NCBI GenBank assembly: GCA_030695905.1
Contig: JAUYOL010000036.1
Span: 118,814 to 182,813, forward strand
DNA: 64,000 nucleotides
Direction: 5' to 3'
Source: Candidatus Omnitrophota bacterium
GTDB taxonomy: Bacteria > Omnitrophota > Gorgyraeia > 2-01-FULL-45-10
Within the stretch, counting starts at the first letter, position 1. Each line of letters starts with the position of its first letter. Below, one piece after another: positions 1-9,402 of this stretch. The translations under genes were made by a program, and so were the position numbers. The notes beneath the pieces were generated by a model. The model saw only the letters and a list, made by a program, of their open reading frames with translations, was not told where the DNA came from and did not search any database.

Positions 1-667
1 GACTGGTATATATAGCCGCGTACGGCGCCCGGCGTCCGATATCGTCAAAACAATGCCAATTATGCGCTCGGTAAAGATTCATCGGGAGCAGATCCCATGC
101 CGCGATCGGAATTCCGATATCCAGATTCTTGATCAGCGCCGCTCTCTGATTATTTCTTATCATGCCCCCTTCAGAAAACCATAGGCCGGGAACATGCGAA
201 AACTCATTTTTTCCTGATTTCAAAACACCTATCAGGATCTCTAATGTAAGCGGCCCTTCCCCTTCAATAGCAAAATCTACGCTCTCTTCTTCCAATGTCT
301 GCTTGGGCAATGCGGTCGGATGAAGCCCGCCGATAGCCACTTTGACAGCTGTATTGTCCTTTATCGCCTTACAGATCCTGCCGGCAATGGTCATGTTCTG
401 AGTAGACGCTGATGGCTGCGAGCCATATACAATTACGGCAGCTAATAAAGGATTTAGCTTTTTGACTCTTGCCGCCGTTTCTTCTGGGGTAATATTCTCG
501 GCATTAGCATCAATTATCGCGATCGTGTGCTTATTGTTCCTTAAATAGGCGGCTATTACAGCGGCCCAAAACGGAGGCTCGATCGCGGAATAGTCCTGCC
601 CCATATCCTGATAGACCTGTTTCCTATCGCCTGGATTTATCAATACAATATCAATTCTATCAGGCAT
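1..667 (-). CDS. Cobalamin-binding radical SAM protein, N-terminal part (truncated by window start; absent from ORF track)
   Basis: Manual translation from ATG at 667 (TAATG overlap with the transketolase-C stop): MPDRIDIVLINPG...EPPFWAAVIAAYL...IIDANAE...VAIGGLHPTALP...DFAIEGEG...WDLLPMNLYRAHNWHC...YAAIYTS. This is a B12-binding domain leading to the TSxGC motif; the frame is open to base 1. Confidence 0.85.
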   Translation of the reverse strand, partial: MPDRIDIVLINPGDRKQVYQDMGQDYSAIEPPFWAAVIAAYLRNNKHTIAIIDANAENITPEETAARVKKLNPLLAAVIVYGSQPSASTQNMTIAGRICKAIKDNTAVKVAIGGLHPTALPKQTLEEESVDFAIEGEGPLTLEILIGVLKSGKNEFSHVPGLWFSEGGMIRNNQRAALIKNLDIGIPIAAWDLLPMNLYRAHNWHCFDDIGRRAPYAAIYTS

Positions 668-1623
668 TAGTGTTGTCCCAATAACGCTTTAACATCTTTT
701 GCGATACTATTTTCACCCAGCTTGTTCAGTTCGTGCAGGTAATCCCTGCTTCCGATATCAAAAACATAGGAATCGTTAAAGCCGATATTTTTTAACCTTA
801 TCGGAGAATTGTTTTTATTTAATAAGTGCAAAATAATGCTGTCAAGCCCGGCCTTGTTAATAAACCCTTCCTCAAGAGTTAAAACATATCTATAATTTTT
901 TAACGCATTAAAGAGCGGGCCTTCATTTAAAGGTTTCAGCATGAAAATATCTATGAGCCCGATATCTATGTCTTCCTGGCTCAATTTTTCTACTACCCGC
1001 AATGCTTTATGGGTCATATATCCCGTAGAAACAAGACATAAATCTGTACTCTTTTTTAATTCACTGAATCCGCTTTCGATATCGGCCTTTTTATAAATTG
1101 AAGGAAGCGGTTTACCGTCAAACCTGAGATACTTTGGCTTTTTCACCTTTATCGAATAGTCCACAAATCTTTCAGTTAGCACCCAGTCGCTTGGAGAGAA
1201 TATTTCTATGTTCGGCAATACCCTCATTATAGAAATATCCTCGAGGCAATGGTGCGTCGGGCCCGAAACATCGTAACTTAAGCCAGCCCCCACCCCGACC
1301 AGATTAACATTTACATCTTTAAGCTGCGACTGCATCGACAGATTGATCCTGATCTGTTCATAGGGGCGCATTGTCAGAAATGGCGCTATGGCATAGGCAT
1401 ATACCGTAAATCCCTCCAACGCTAATCCTGTTGAAATATTGACAAGGTCCTGCTCGGCAATGCCTACATTGATAAACCTGTCTTTAAAAGAGCTTCTTAA
1501 CCTGTCGAGTTTTGGAGAGCCAAAATCAGCACAAACAAAAAATATGCTTTTGTCACTCTCCATGCGGCTAGAGAGTTCTTCAATAAAAACGTCCCGCATT
1601 GTCTTTAAATTTTCTTTTTTCAT
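667..1623 (-). CDS. Transketolase-like protein, C-terminal (pyrimidine-binding) subunit
   Basis: DRFINVGIAEQ, GPTHHCLED, YLRFDG and TLEEG motifs; ATGA overlap with the N-terminal subunit gene. Confidence 0.9.
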   Translation of the reverse strand: MKKENLKTMRDVFIEELSSRMESDKSIFFVCADFGSPKLDRLRSSFKDRFINVGIAEQDLVNISTGLALEGFTVYAYAIAPFLTMRPYEQIRINLSMQSQLKDVNVNLVGVGAGLSYDVSGPTHHCLEDISIMRVLPNIEIFSPSDWVLTERFVDYSIKVKKPKYLRFDGKPLPSIYKKADIESGFSELKKSTDLCLVSTGYMTHKALRVVEKLSQEDIDIGLIDIFMLKPLNEGPLFNALKNYRYVLTLEEGFINKAGLDSIILHLLNKNNSPIRLKNIGFNDSYVFDIGSRDYLHELNKLGENSIAKDVKALLGQH

Positions 1624-2453
1624 TCTAACCCGGATACCAACGTATCGACCTCATCGGCCGAAAGATTTTTAATATGGCTTAAAGAATCTGTTTCAAGCCT
1701 GGCCACGCCCTTACCCTTAACGGTATTAGCGATCAAAACCTTTGGCCTCTTATTATCCGTTTCTTTAAAATGCCGCAGAGCATTACAAAGCTCCCCCACA
1801 TCATGGCCATTTACTTTTTTAGCGATCCAGCCAAAGGCCTCGAACTTCTTTTCCAGCGGAGCCAGGTCAATTATATTTTTGCAATAATCCAGCATGCATA
1901 CTTTATTATCATCCACGATAAGTACCAGATTATCCAGCTCATGCTCCGATGCGAACATTACCGCTTCCCATATCGAACCTTCATAGAGTTCTCCATCTCC
2001 GACCAACACAAATACTTTCTCTTTACGTTTCTTTCTTTTCAGGCCCAGGGCCATGCCGCAGCCGACGCCTAAACCATGGCCAAGAGAACCATTGACAGTT
2101 TCAAATCCGGGTATGATAGCATCCGGTATGCCTCCTAAAATGCATCCGGCCTTACAGACATTATTCAGGTATTCCTTAGGAAAAAATCCTAAATCCGCCA
2201 GTACGGGATAAAAAGAAACCGCGCCATGGCCCTTGCTGATTATAAACCTGTCCCTGCCTTCCCACGAAACATTCTTGGGATCAAAACTTATTACCTTGCC
2301 ATAATACAGCACGGCGAATATTTCAACTGCTGAAAGCGAAGAAGCAAGCCTTGTCTCCTGGGCAACCTTATGGATCTTCAGCGTTTCTTTCCTGACCCAT
2401 TCGGATTTTTCTTTCAAAAATTTCAATTTACTATATTTATCTGACATTGCCAT
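1620..2453 (-). CDS. Transketolase-like protein, N-terminal ThDP-binding subunit
   Basis: DRFIISKGH, GSLGHGLG, ThDP motif GDGELYEG...DDN, TVKGKG. Confidence 0.9.
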   Translation of the reverse strand: MAMSDKYSKLKFLKEKSEWVRKETLKIHKVAQETRLASSLSAVEIFAVLYYGKVISFDPKNVSWEGRDRFIISKGHGAVSFYPVLADLGFFPKEYLNNVCKAGCILGGIPDAIIPGFETVNGSLGHGLGVGCGMALGLKRKKRKEKVFVLVGDGELYEGSIWEAVMFASEHELDNLVLIVDDNKVCMLDYCKNIIDLAPLEKKFEAFGWIAKKVNGHDVGELCNALRHFKETDNKRPKVLIANTVKGKGVARLETDSLSHIKNLSADEVDTLVSGLE

Positions 2454-3390
2454 ATATGTTGTTGGAGATAATTTTATACCCCTTTATCAGCTCTCTTATT
2501 CCCATATCGAGGGAATGGACCGGTTTAAAACCTGCCTTTTCTATTTTCTCATTTGATACGATATAATCCCGCTTATCGGGATCCTGCCCGACCTGAGATT
2601 CCATATATACAAAATCAGGGATATGTTCTTTTATCTTTGCGCATAGTTCTAACTTTGAAAGATTCGCATCGGACAGGCCGACATTATAAGCCTCATTCTT
2701 CATTTCAGAAAACTTTTCCATTGCATGCATAAAAACGCGCGCCACATCGCGCACATGAATGTAGTTTCTCCTAAAATGGCCCTCAAATACAACTACAAAC
2801 CTGTCATTTACCGCTCTGTAGGTAAAATCATTTACCAGTAAGTCGATCCTCATCCTTGGCGATACGCCAAAAACAGTAGCGAGGCGAAAACTTATTGAAT
2901 TTCCCCTATCAAGGATTATCTTTTCAGCCTCCATCTTCACCCTGCCATACAGGGTAAGCGGGTTTAACGGGCTTTTTTCCGTACAATGTATATCCTTCTG
3001 GCCGATGCCGTAGCCGCTGTTCGTAGTAGGCATGATTATTCTTTGCTCTTTGGATGCAAGTTTTGCGATCAGGCCTATGGCATCTCTGTTTATTGTCACG
3101 GCTCCGGTCTTATCCCTGTTACATAACGGTGCGCCGACCAAAGCTGCAAGCGGAATAATATAATCGGCATCTTTAAGAAGCGGTTTTAACACGGCTTCGT
3201 CTCTGGCGTCCCCTCTTACGACATCAAAGCCTTTATAAGTACAGCAATCCAGTAGCGAGTTTTGGCCATACATGAAATTATCCAACACCGTAATCTTATA
3301 TCCTGACTTTAGCAGCTCTGGAATCAAAGCTGATCCGATGTAACCTGCGCCGCCTGTAACTAAAATACTTTTTCCGGTTTCCTTCACCAT
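2437..3390 (-). CDS. NAD-dependent nucleotide-sugar epimerase/dehydratase (extended SDR)
   Basis: TGGAGYIG Rossmann motif, YGRVK (YxxxK), RLATVFG, RNYIHVRD. Confidence 0.9.
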   Translation of the reverse strand: MVKETGKSILVTGGAGYIGSALIPELLKSGYKITVLDNFMYGQNSLLDCCTYKGFDVVRGDARDEAVLKPLLKDADYIIPLAALVGAPLCNRDKTGAVTINRDAIGLIAKLASKEQRIIMPTTNSGYGIGQKDIHCTEKSPLNPLTLYGRVKMEAEKIILDRGNSISFRLATVFGVSPRMRIDLLVNDFTYRAVNDRFVVVFEGHFRRNYIHVRDVARVFMHAMEKFSEMKNEAYNVGLSDANLSKLELCAKIKEHIPDFVYMESQVGQDPDKRDYIVSNEKIEKAGFKPVHSLDMGIRELIKGYKIISNNIYGNVR

Positions 3391-3420
3391 GGAATAATTC
3401 TCCGTTTGGTTGTTTTGCTT

Positions 3421-4209
3421 TTAAGTATATCTGACAAGAACATCTTCTCTTCTTTTAACCAGCGCCTTTGGGTTTTCTATCAGATCCGTGGCGCTCCAGG
3501 CATCAACGCAATATTGTTTCATATAATCGTAGTTAAAATATCCATAACCGCCATCTCCCCACCTGTCGCCCCATGAATTCTTGAATTTAAACAGCTTCTT
3601 TGGATCATCATATCCGATAACGCATATGGCATGACCACCCTGATATATCTCTTTTTTCTTTGGCATAGGAATCAGCCCTGTTTTGGCGGCCTTTTTTGTA
3701 AACCACGATTCATAGACGTCGACCCCTGCCAAAAATGGGCCATTGATCACAAGGCTTCTTTTCATATCCGGCATGGTCTTTAAGCGGGCATAGGCCATTA
3801 TCTTATATTTTACCGCTGCCTTACCAGAGCCTGTTTTCGGCTTATCTGACTGATGCGGCCGGTACGGCCAGTAATTTTCAGGCGGCGTGCCGTAATTCAA
3901 TAATATTTTCATGGCCACCCTCGGATACGTACCATCCTCTTCAGGGCTGCCATCATATTTTTTGCATAGCTGGTAAAGATATCTAGGTGAAAGCGAAATT
4001 AAATTCTTGTATTCTTTTGTATCCTGATATTCTTTCATGCCGACCACACTCGCGAACGCCACGCAAGTGCCTTCGTCCCCTTGACTTCTAACAGGTGTCA
4101 TGTTTTCAGTATAATCGATGTTGGGCGGCAGTGGAATCGGCGGCAGGACCAAGCCCATCGGAATATCACGCAAATCGCGGGGATCTTTTAAACAGCCTAA
4201 CCTACGCAC
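3421..4209 (-). CDS. Papain-like (C1A) cysteine peptidase without signal peptide
   Basis: QGDEGTCVAFA (oxyanion Gln and catalytic Cys), GGHAICVIGYD (His), FKNSWG (Asn), LSPRYLY; GTG start overlapping the waaL stop, preceded by AAGGAGG. Confidence 0.9.
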   Translation of the reverse strand: MRRLGCLKDPRDLRDIPMGLVLPPIPLPPNIDYTENMTPVRSQGDEGTCVAFASVVGMKEYQDTKEYKNLISLSPRYLYQLCKKYDGSPEEDGTYPRVAMKILLNYGTPPENYWPYRPHQSDKPKTGSGKAAVKYKIMAYARLKTMPDMKRSLVINGPFLAGVDVYESWFTKKAAKTGLIPMPKKKEIYQGGHAICVIGYDDPKKLFKFKNSWGDRWGDGGYGYFNYDYMKQYCVDAWSATDLIENPKALVKRREDVLVRYT

Positions 4210-5503
4210 CTTCCTCCTTAAGGGCTGTCTTTTGAACCGCTATGATCAAACCCATCATAAACCACATTAAATTCGCTAATTGTAAGGCGTAAAAATTAAC
4301 ATCGAAAAAGCTATGCACTAAAAATGCGAATAATCCCGTTAATAACCCTGCCAGGATGCAGCCGTAAAATGTATCTTTAATTTTTCTCACATTTGTAATA
4401 GAGGCCTTGAACAAACTTACTATGACAAAAATGAAAGAAAGTAATCCAACGATCCCTGTCTCAGCCGCCATTTGAAGATAGGAATTGTGGGGATAGATCC
4501 CAGCCTCTAATAGGCCGCTTTTATAACGAGGCGCTACGATAGAATATGCGTTTAACCCGCAACCAAAAACGGGAAAGTCCCTGATGATCAATAGTGCCTC
4601 CCGCCATAGATTGGTCCTGACAATGTCCATATTTTGCATTATCAGGACGAGACTCTGCTTTATAGCAAATACAGGGTCCTGTCCTTCGATAGTCATATGT
4701 ATAAAAAACGGGATAGCGATAAGCGATGCCAGCAATATAAAAACTATGCTGATTAAAAATATTCTATTTTTTTTAACCACCATGTTAACTATCATGAAAA
4801 ATATCGCTGCAAAAGCAAGCCCCGTCCAGGCACCCCTTGACCGCGTCAGTACAAGACACGCCATTAATGCGCTCGATAGGCATATTATCAATACACCGGC
4901 TAAAAACCACAATATAACAGGTATGGCTTTCTTCGGTTTATTGATTATCAGCGCATAAAAGATGCCGTACAATAACGGCAACATTACTATGAGCCACGCA
5001 CCAAAACCGTTGGCACTGGAAAAGGAGGCTGTAATCCTGCCGGCTTGCGGATATTTTCTTAAAAAATCCCCCACTGTTGTCACATATTGAAAAATGCCGT
5101 CTGCGCCTATAAGCAGCATAGACAAGACCATGGTAACCATCACTGCATTCAGCTTTTTTCTATCGTTTATAATCTCTGCTACTATAAAATACAACACCAC
5201 TCCCTTGAGTAGCTTAGAGAAAAATCCTCTTAGGCTTAAAGAAATAGAGGTGCTAAGAAGCACCGATAGAAATGCTGCTATTATAAATAAATATACCGGG
5301 AGATTTAATTTTGTATCAACCGGTTTAAATATTCGTATCAACGAACTCCGCGAATCATAAGATAGCGCCCTATTTAAAATCCATAATGCAAAAGCAACCG
5401 CAATGCATATCTCTACCGCTGATTTTGAAAATGGCAGAGTAAATATCATTACCGATAAAGCTAACACTGTCAGCCAGCTAACCCATTCTCTAACTATCGC
5501 CAT
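4202..5503 (-). CDS. waaL: O-antigen ligase family membrane protein
   Basis: About 12 hydrophobic segments; RITASF..ANGFG, LTRSRGAW, RTNLWREAL...PVFGCG, HNSYLQMAAETGIVG (Wzy_C/WaaL signature). Confidence 0.85.
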   Translation of the reverse strand: MAIVREWVSWLTVLALSVMIFTLPFSKSAVEICIAVAFALWILNRALSYDSRSSLIRIFKPVDTKLNLPVYLFIIAAFLSVLLSTSISLSLRGFFSKLLKGVVLYFIVAEIINDRKKLNAVMVTMVLSMLLIGADGIFQYVTTVGDFLRKYPQAGRITASFSSANGFGAWLIVMLPLLYGIFYALIINKPKKAIPVILWFLAGVLIICLSSALMACLVLTRSRGAWTGLAFAAIFFMIVNMVVKKNRIFLISIVFILLASLIAIPFFIHMTIEGQDPVFAIKQSLVLIMQNMDIVRTNLWREALLIIRDFPVFGCGLNAYSIVAPRYKSGLLEAGIYPHNSYLQMAAETGIVGLLSFIFVIVSLFKASITNVRKIKDTFYGCILAGLLTGLFAFLVHSFFDVNFYALQLANLMWFMMGLIIAVQKTALKEEGA

Positions 5504-7349
5504 TATATTTTCCGTTCGGCTTGTAAGTAGGCACCATCTCTTTTATTTTGGCTAAGACCTTTTCTTCGTCCATTAAATTAGCCAGTCTTTCCAGTGTCTT
5601 CATGTCTTTGCGCAATTGAAGAGCGTCGAAATTATTTGGTTGCGCAATATAAATCTTATCGTGTTTTGTAGCCTTGTTATGCTCAATGTCCAAAAGCATT
5701 TCCTCCATCATCTTTTCTCCGGGCCTTAAACCGATAAATTTAATCTCTATATCCTTGTCTGGCTCCAGCCCGGACAACGTTATAAGATTTCTTGCAAGAT
5801 CCGCTATTTTTATCTGTTCGCCCATGTCAAGGATGAGCACTTCGCCGCCCTTACCGATAGCGCCTGCCTGCATAACAAGCTGAGCGGCTTCACTTGCCGT
5901 CATAAAAAATCTTTTAACATCGGGATGCGTTACTGTAAGCGGTTTCCCGGCCGCTATCTGCTGCTTGAATATAGGTACCACGCTGCCGCTGGAGCCGATT
6001 ACATTACCGAACCTTACAGCCATGAACTTTGTCCTCGCGGTCTTGGCCTTTGACTGTATCATCATCTCGGCTATCCGTTTTGAGGCCCCCATGGTGCTTG
6101 TAGGATTTACCGCCTTATCCGTAGATATCATTACAAACTTCTCCACTCCGTAATGCTCTGATGCATAAACAAGATTTCTTGTTCCAATGATATTGTTTTT
6201 TATGGCCGCGATGGGATTCCCTTCCATGAGCGGCACATGTTTATGCGCAGCGGAATGAAAAACTATATTAGGCCTATATTTAGAAAATACGCTCTTCAAT
6301 AGCCCTATGTCTTTTATGTCACCGATAATAGTTTTAAATGACATATGGGGATAATTTGCCTTAAGCTCCATCTCTAAAAAATATAAATCGTTCTCGTTTA
6401 AATCATATAATATTAATCGGCCGGGATTAAACTTTGCTATTTGCCGCGACAATTCTGACCCTATAGTGCCGGCAGCGCCTGTTATTAAAACAACTTTGTT
6501 CTTTAATAGAAAGCTTATATCCTGTGTATTTATATTGACAGTTTCCCTGCCCAAGAGATCTTCAGGTCTTACATCTCTTATATGTTTTATCGTTACCTCT
6601 CCGGTTAATATCTTATGAATTTCCGGCATGGTCTTGATCTTCACTTCTGTCTTTTCGCATCTTGAGACGATATCTCTTATTGTTCTACCGCTAGCGGAAG
6701 GCATGGAAATGATCACTTCTGATATATTGTGGTTTTTGATGGTATCTTTTATATCATCGATCTTACCTAAGACTTTTACGCCGTGTATGCGAGAATTTAG
6801 CTTACTTGGGTTGTCGTCGATAAAACCTACCGGCTGATATATTCTTTTTTTTGCATTAATCATCTCACGAACAACCATTTCACCTGATGCGCCGGCTCCT
6901 ATTATAAGAACTCTTTTGAGATTATGGGATTTAAGTTGCCTGAATTTAATCAAAACTCTAGGAGAAAATCTTGAGCTACCAATGAAAAAGAGGCATATCA
7001 GATAATCGATCAATAGTACTGACCGGCTCATCTCTATGCGTTGCGTAAAAAATGCTACCGCAATAAGCGATAAGCTGCCCATCGTCACAGATTTTAATAT
7101 ATTTATTGCTTCGCTTATGCTCGCATAGCGAAATGACCATTGATACATCCCAAAGATAGCAAGTAGAATAATCCTGAGAATGGTTGCCCACATCATAAAA
7201 TACAGGCATGGAGATACAATAATGGCGGTGAGTCGCCAGTCAAATCTGATCGCAAAGGCTAAGAACATCGACAAATTCACTAACACCAGATCGACGGCCA
7301 GCATTATTGGTATTCGTAATCTATCGAATATATCTTCTATATTATGCAT
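5490..7349 (-). CDS. capD: Membrane-bound UDP-GlcNAc 4,6-dehydratase (CapD/PglF/WbpM family)
   Basis: Four N-terminal TM segments, IIGAG domain, EDLLGR, TGAAGTIG, HSAAHKHVP, STDKAVNPTSTMGASKR, VRFGNVIGSSGSV, GLRPGEK. Confidence 0.93.
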   Translation of the reverse strand: MHNIEDIFDRLRIPIMLAVDLVLVNLSMFLAFAIRFDWRLTAIIVSPCLYFMMWATILRIILLAIFGMYQWSFRYASISEAINILKSVTMGSLSLIAVAFFTQRIEMSRSVLLIDYLICLFFIGSSRFSPRVLIKFRQLKSHNLKRVLIIGAGASGEMVVREMINAKKRIYQPVGFIDDNPSKLNSRIHGVKVLGKIDDIKDTIKNHNISEVIISMPSASGRTIRDIVSRCEKTEVKIKTMPEIHKILTGEVTIKHIRDVRPEDLLGRETVNINTQDISFLLKNKVVLITGAAGTIGSELSRQIAKFNPGRLILYDLNENDLYFLEMELKANYPHMSFKTIIGDIKDIGLLKSVFSKYRPNIVFHSAAHKHVPLMEGNPIAAIKNNIIGTRNLVYASEHYGVEKFVMISTDKAVNPTSTMGASKRIAEMMIQSKAKTARTKFMAVRFGNVIGSSGSVVPIFKQQIAAGKPLTVTHPDVKRFFMTASEAAQLVMQAGAIGKGGEVLILDMGEQIKIADLARNLITLSGLEPDKDIEIKFIGLRPGEKMMEEMLLDIEHNKATKHDKIYIAQPNNFDALQLRKDMKTLERLANLMDEEKVLAKIKEMVPTYKPNGKYNGDS

Positions 7350-7356
7350 TTTGGAG

Positions 7357-7385
7357 ATTATATCCTTTATCAGCTAAATAGTCAA
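7357..7385 (-). promoter_or_regulatory. Sigma70-type promoter upstream of capD (TTGACT-N17-TATAAT)
   Basis: Minus strand reads TTGACT (7385-7380), a 17-nt spacer, then TATAAT (7362-7357), inside a 54-bp intergenic gap; 7 nt separate the -10 box from the capD ATG. Confidence 0.75.
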
Positions 7386-7403
7386 TTATAGCACTACAAT
7401 ATA

Positions 7404-7964
7404 TCAGTGGTGCACGCCTTCTCCCTGAATTGATTTGATAATAGTCATAACTAAAATCTTGCCATCCAATAGAAGAGATTTGTTTTTCAGATAATACTCA
7501 TCAAATTCGACCTTAACCGGTATGGGGAGGCTATCTCTTCCGTTAACCTGCGCCCATCCCGTAACCCCCGGGGAAAGCTTATGTATATTTTTTTTAGTCC
7601 TTAACTCTATCAAATCGTACTGGTTAAATAATGCCGGGCGGGGGCCTACAAAAGTCATGTCCCCAGATATTATATTGAACAACTGCGGAAGCTCGTCTAG
7701 ACTAAATTTACGCAAAAATTCACCGAACGGCGTAATATAGTTATCCGGATTTTGAAAGAGATGAGTTGCGACAGTCGGTGCGCCAAGACGCATAGTGCGA
7801 AACTTTGGCATCTTAAATATTTTATTATCAATACCTACCCTATCCGACCAATATAAAGCAGGCCCTTTAGAGGTAAGCTTGATCACCAAACCGATAATGA
7901 GCATTGGGATGCTTAAAATAACTAATAAAAAACCCGCCATTATAAAATCAAAAACGCGTTTCAT
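7404..7964 (-). CDS. Monotopic phosphoglycosyl transferase (PglC/WbfU-like initiating sugar transferase)
   Basis: MKRVFD, single hydrophobic helix, KFRTM, LDELPQLFN..GDM..VGPRP, PGVTGWAQVNGR. Confidence 0.93.
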   Translation of the reverse strand: MKRVFDFIMAGFLLVILSIPMLIIGLVIKLTSKGPALYWSDRVGIDNKIFKMPKFRTMRLGAPTVATHLFQNPDNYITPFGEFLRKFSLDELPQLFNIISGDMTFVGPRPALFNQYDLIELRTKKNIHKLSPGVTGWAQVNGRDSLPIPVKVEFDEYYLKNKSLLLDGKILVMTIIKSIQGEGVHH

Positions 7965-9402
7965 TATGCCTTTTTAATTGTCGCGACAAGCATTTAGAGG
8001 AGATAAACATGCTTGTCATGTGCTTTACGAAAAAATAATTCAACTGCACCCAGTCCACTTTTATGTAGCTATAGAACTTATAGGCATTAAACATTGCTTT
8101 AAAAAGCCTATTACGCGGGAGCCGTATCAGCTTTTTTATTATAGGGATAAGAAAAGGAAACTGCACGGCGATTGCAAACAGATCATGCAGGTTGATAATT
8201 TCATTCTTATGTACTAATTTAAGCGGCGTGGAAGAATGATAATCCGGCTCTATACGATAATCGATATCCAAAAGGCCATTATCGGCCGCAAGTCTGTACA
8301 GCTCTGTCCCGGGATAAGGCTGGATTATAGAGATCCAGCTATAAGCAGGCTTGCATTTTACGTTCAATTCTACCGTTTCAAAAGCATCTGATAATGTCTC
8401 CTTAGGCAAGCCTATCATATTAAATGTTTCGAATTTGATATTATATTTCTTAAGCAAAGCACAGGCTTTAATGATCTGTTCATTGCTCATGGGCCTTTTC
8501 AGCACATCCCTCCTCAACCTTTCGCTGCCTGATTCTATGCCGATAACAACAAGAAAGCATCCGCTGTCCTTCAGTCCTTTGGCTATGCTTTCTGTCACCA
8601 GATCAACTCTGACGTGACAGCAATACGGTAAATTCACATCTTTCTTATATCTTTCAACAAACTCAGAGAACCATCTTTTATCAATTATGAATATATCATC
8701 TACAAAACGGACCGCTTTTATCTTGTACCGGGCTCTTATCATCTTCAGCTCCGCCATCATATTATCTATGTTCCGTTTTCGTACATACGTTCCCTTGCCA
8801 CTGTAGTAATCTTTAAGCTCCTTATTAAAACAATAGGTACAGCTATAAGGGCAGCCCCTGCCGGATATAACGTCCAATACCCCGTAATTTTTGTACTCAT
8901 AATATTCATTGATCAGGCTCCTGTCGGGAAAGGCTATGTTGTTAATATCGGCAAGCGGCCTTATCTCATTTTTTATGATCTGATCATTGACCTTAACGCA
9001 AAGGTTCGGGATCCGGGAAAAATCTTTGCGATCATTGATATTACGCAGTAATTCCATAAAAGCATCTTCTCCTTCGCCCCTACAGATAATATCTACGCCT
9101 GGTTCTTTAATAAATTCCGGGTAAAAAGTGGGATGCGGGCCGCCGAACACAGATAAAAAAGAGATTCTTTTTTTCAGCAAAGTATTAATCTTAAGGTATC
9201 TCTTTTCGGTGCCGGTAGTCACTGAATAGCAAATGACATCCGGACGGAATGCAACCGCTTTGTTTAAATATTTTCTATCCAGGTTCGGTATGAGCAACGA
9301 TGTTTCATGGCCTTCGTTTTTGGCGACAGAGATGAGATATAATAATCCTAACGGATCTCTGATGTCTGCGCTTGGTTTTAGATAAATAAATAATACTCTC
9401 AT
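7948..9402 (-). CDS. Cobalamin-binding radical SAM protein
   Basis: PLGLLYL, GGPHPT, GEGE, SGRGCPYSCTYC, FVDDIF, GIESGS, MIGLPKET, PYPGT. Confidence 0.92.
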   Translation of the reverse strand: MRVLFIYLKPSADIRDPLGLLYLISVAKNEGHETSLLIPNLDRKYLNKAVAFRPDVICYSVTTGTEKRYLKINTLLKKRISFLSVFGGPHPTFYPEFIKEPGVDIICRGEGEDAFMELLRNINDRKDFSRIPNLCVKVNDQIIKNEIRPLADINNIAFPDRSLINEYYEYKNYGVLDVISGRGCPYSCTYCFNKELKDYYSGKGTYVRKRNIDNMMAELKMIRARYKIKAVRFVDDIFIIDKRWFSEFVERYKKDVNLPYCCHVRVDLVTESIAKGLKDSGCFLVVIGIESGSERLRRDVLKRPMSNEQIIKACALLKKYNIKFETFNMIGLPKETLSDAFETVELNVKCKPAYSWISIIQPYPGTELYRLAADNGLLDIDYRIEPDYHSSTPLKLVHKNEIINLHDLFAIAVQFPFLIPIIKKLIRLPRNRLFKAMFNAYKFYSYIKVDWVQLNYFFVKHMTSMFISSKCLSRQLKRHNETRF

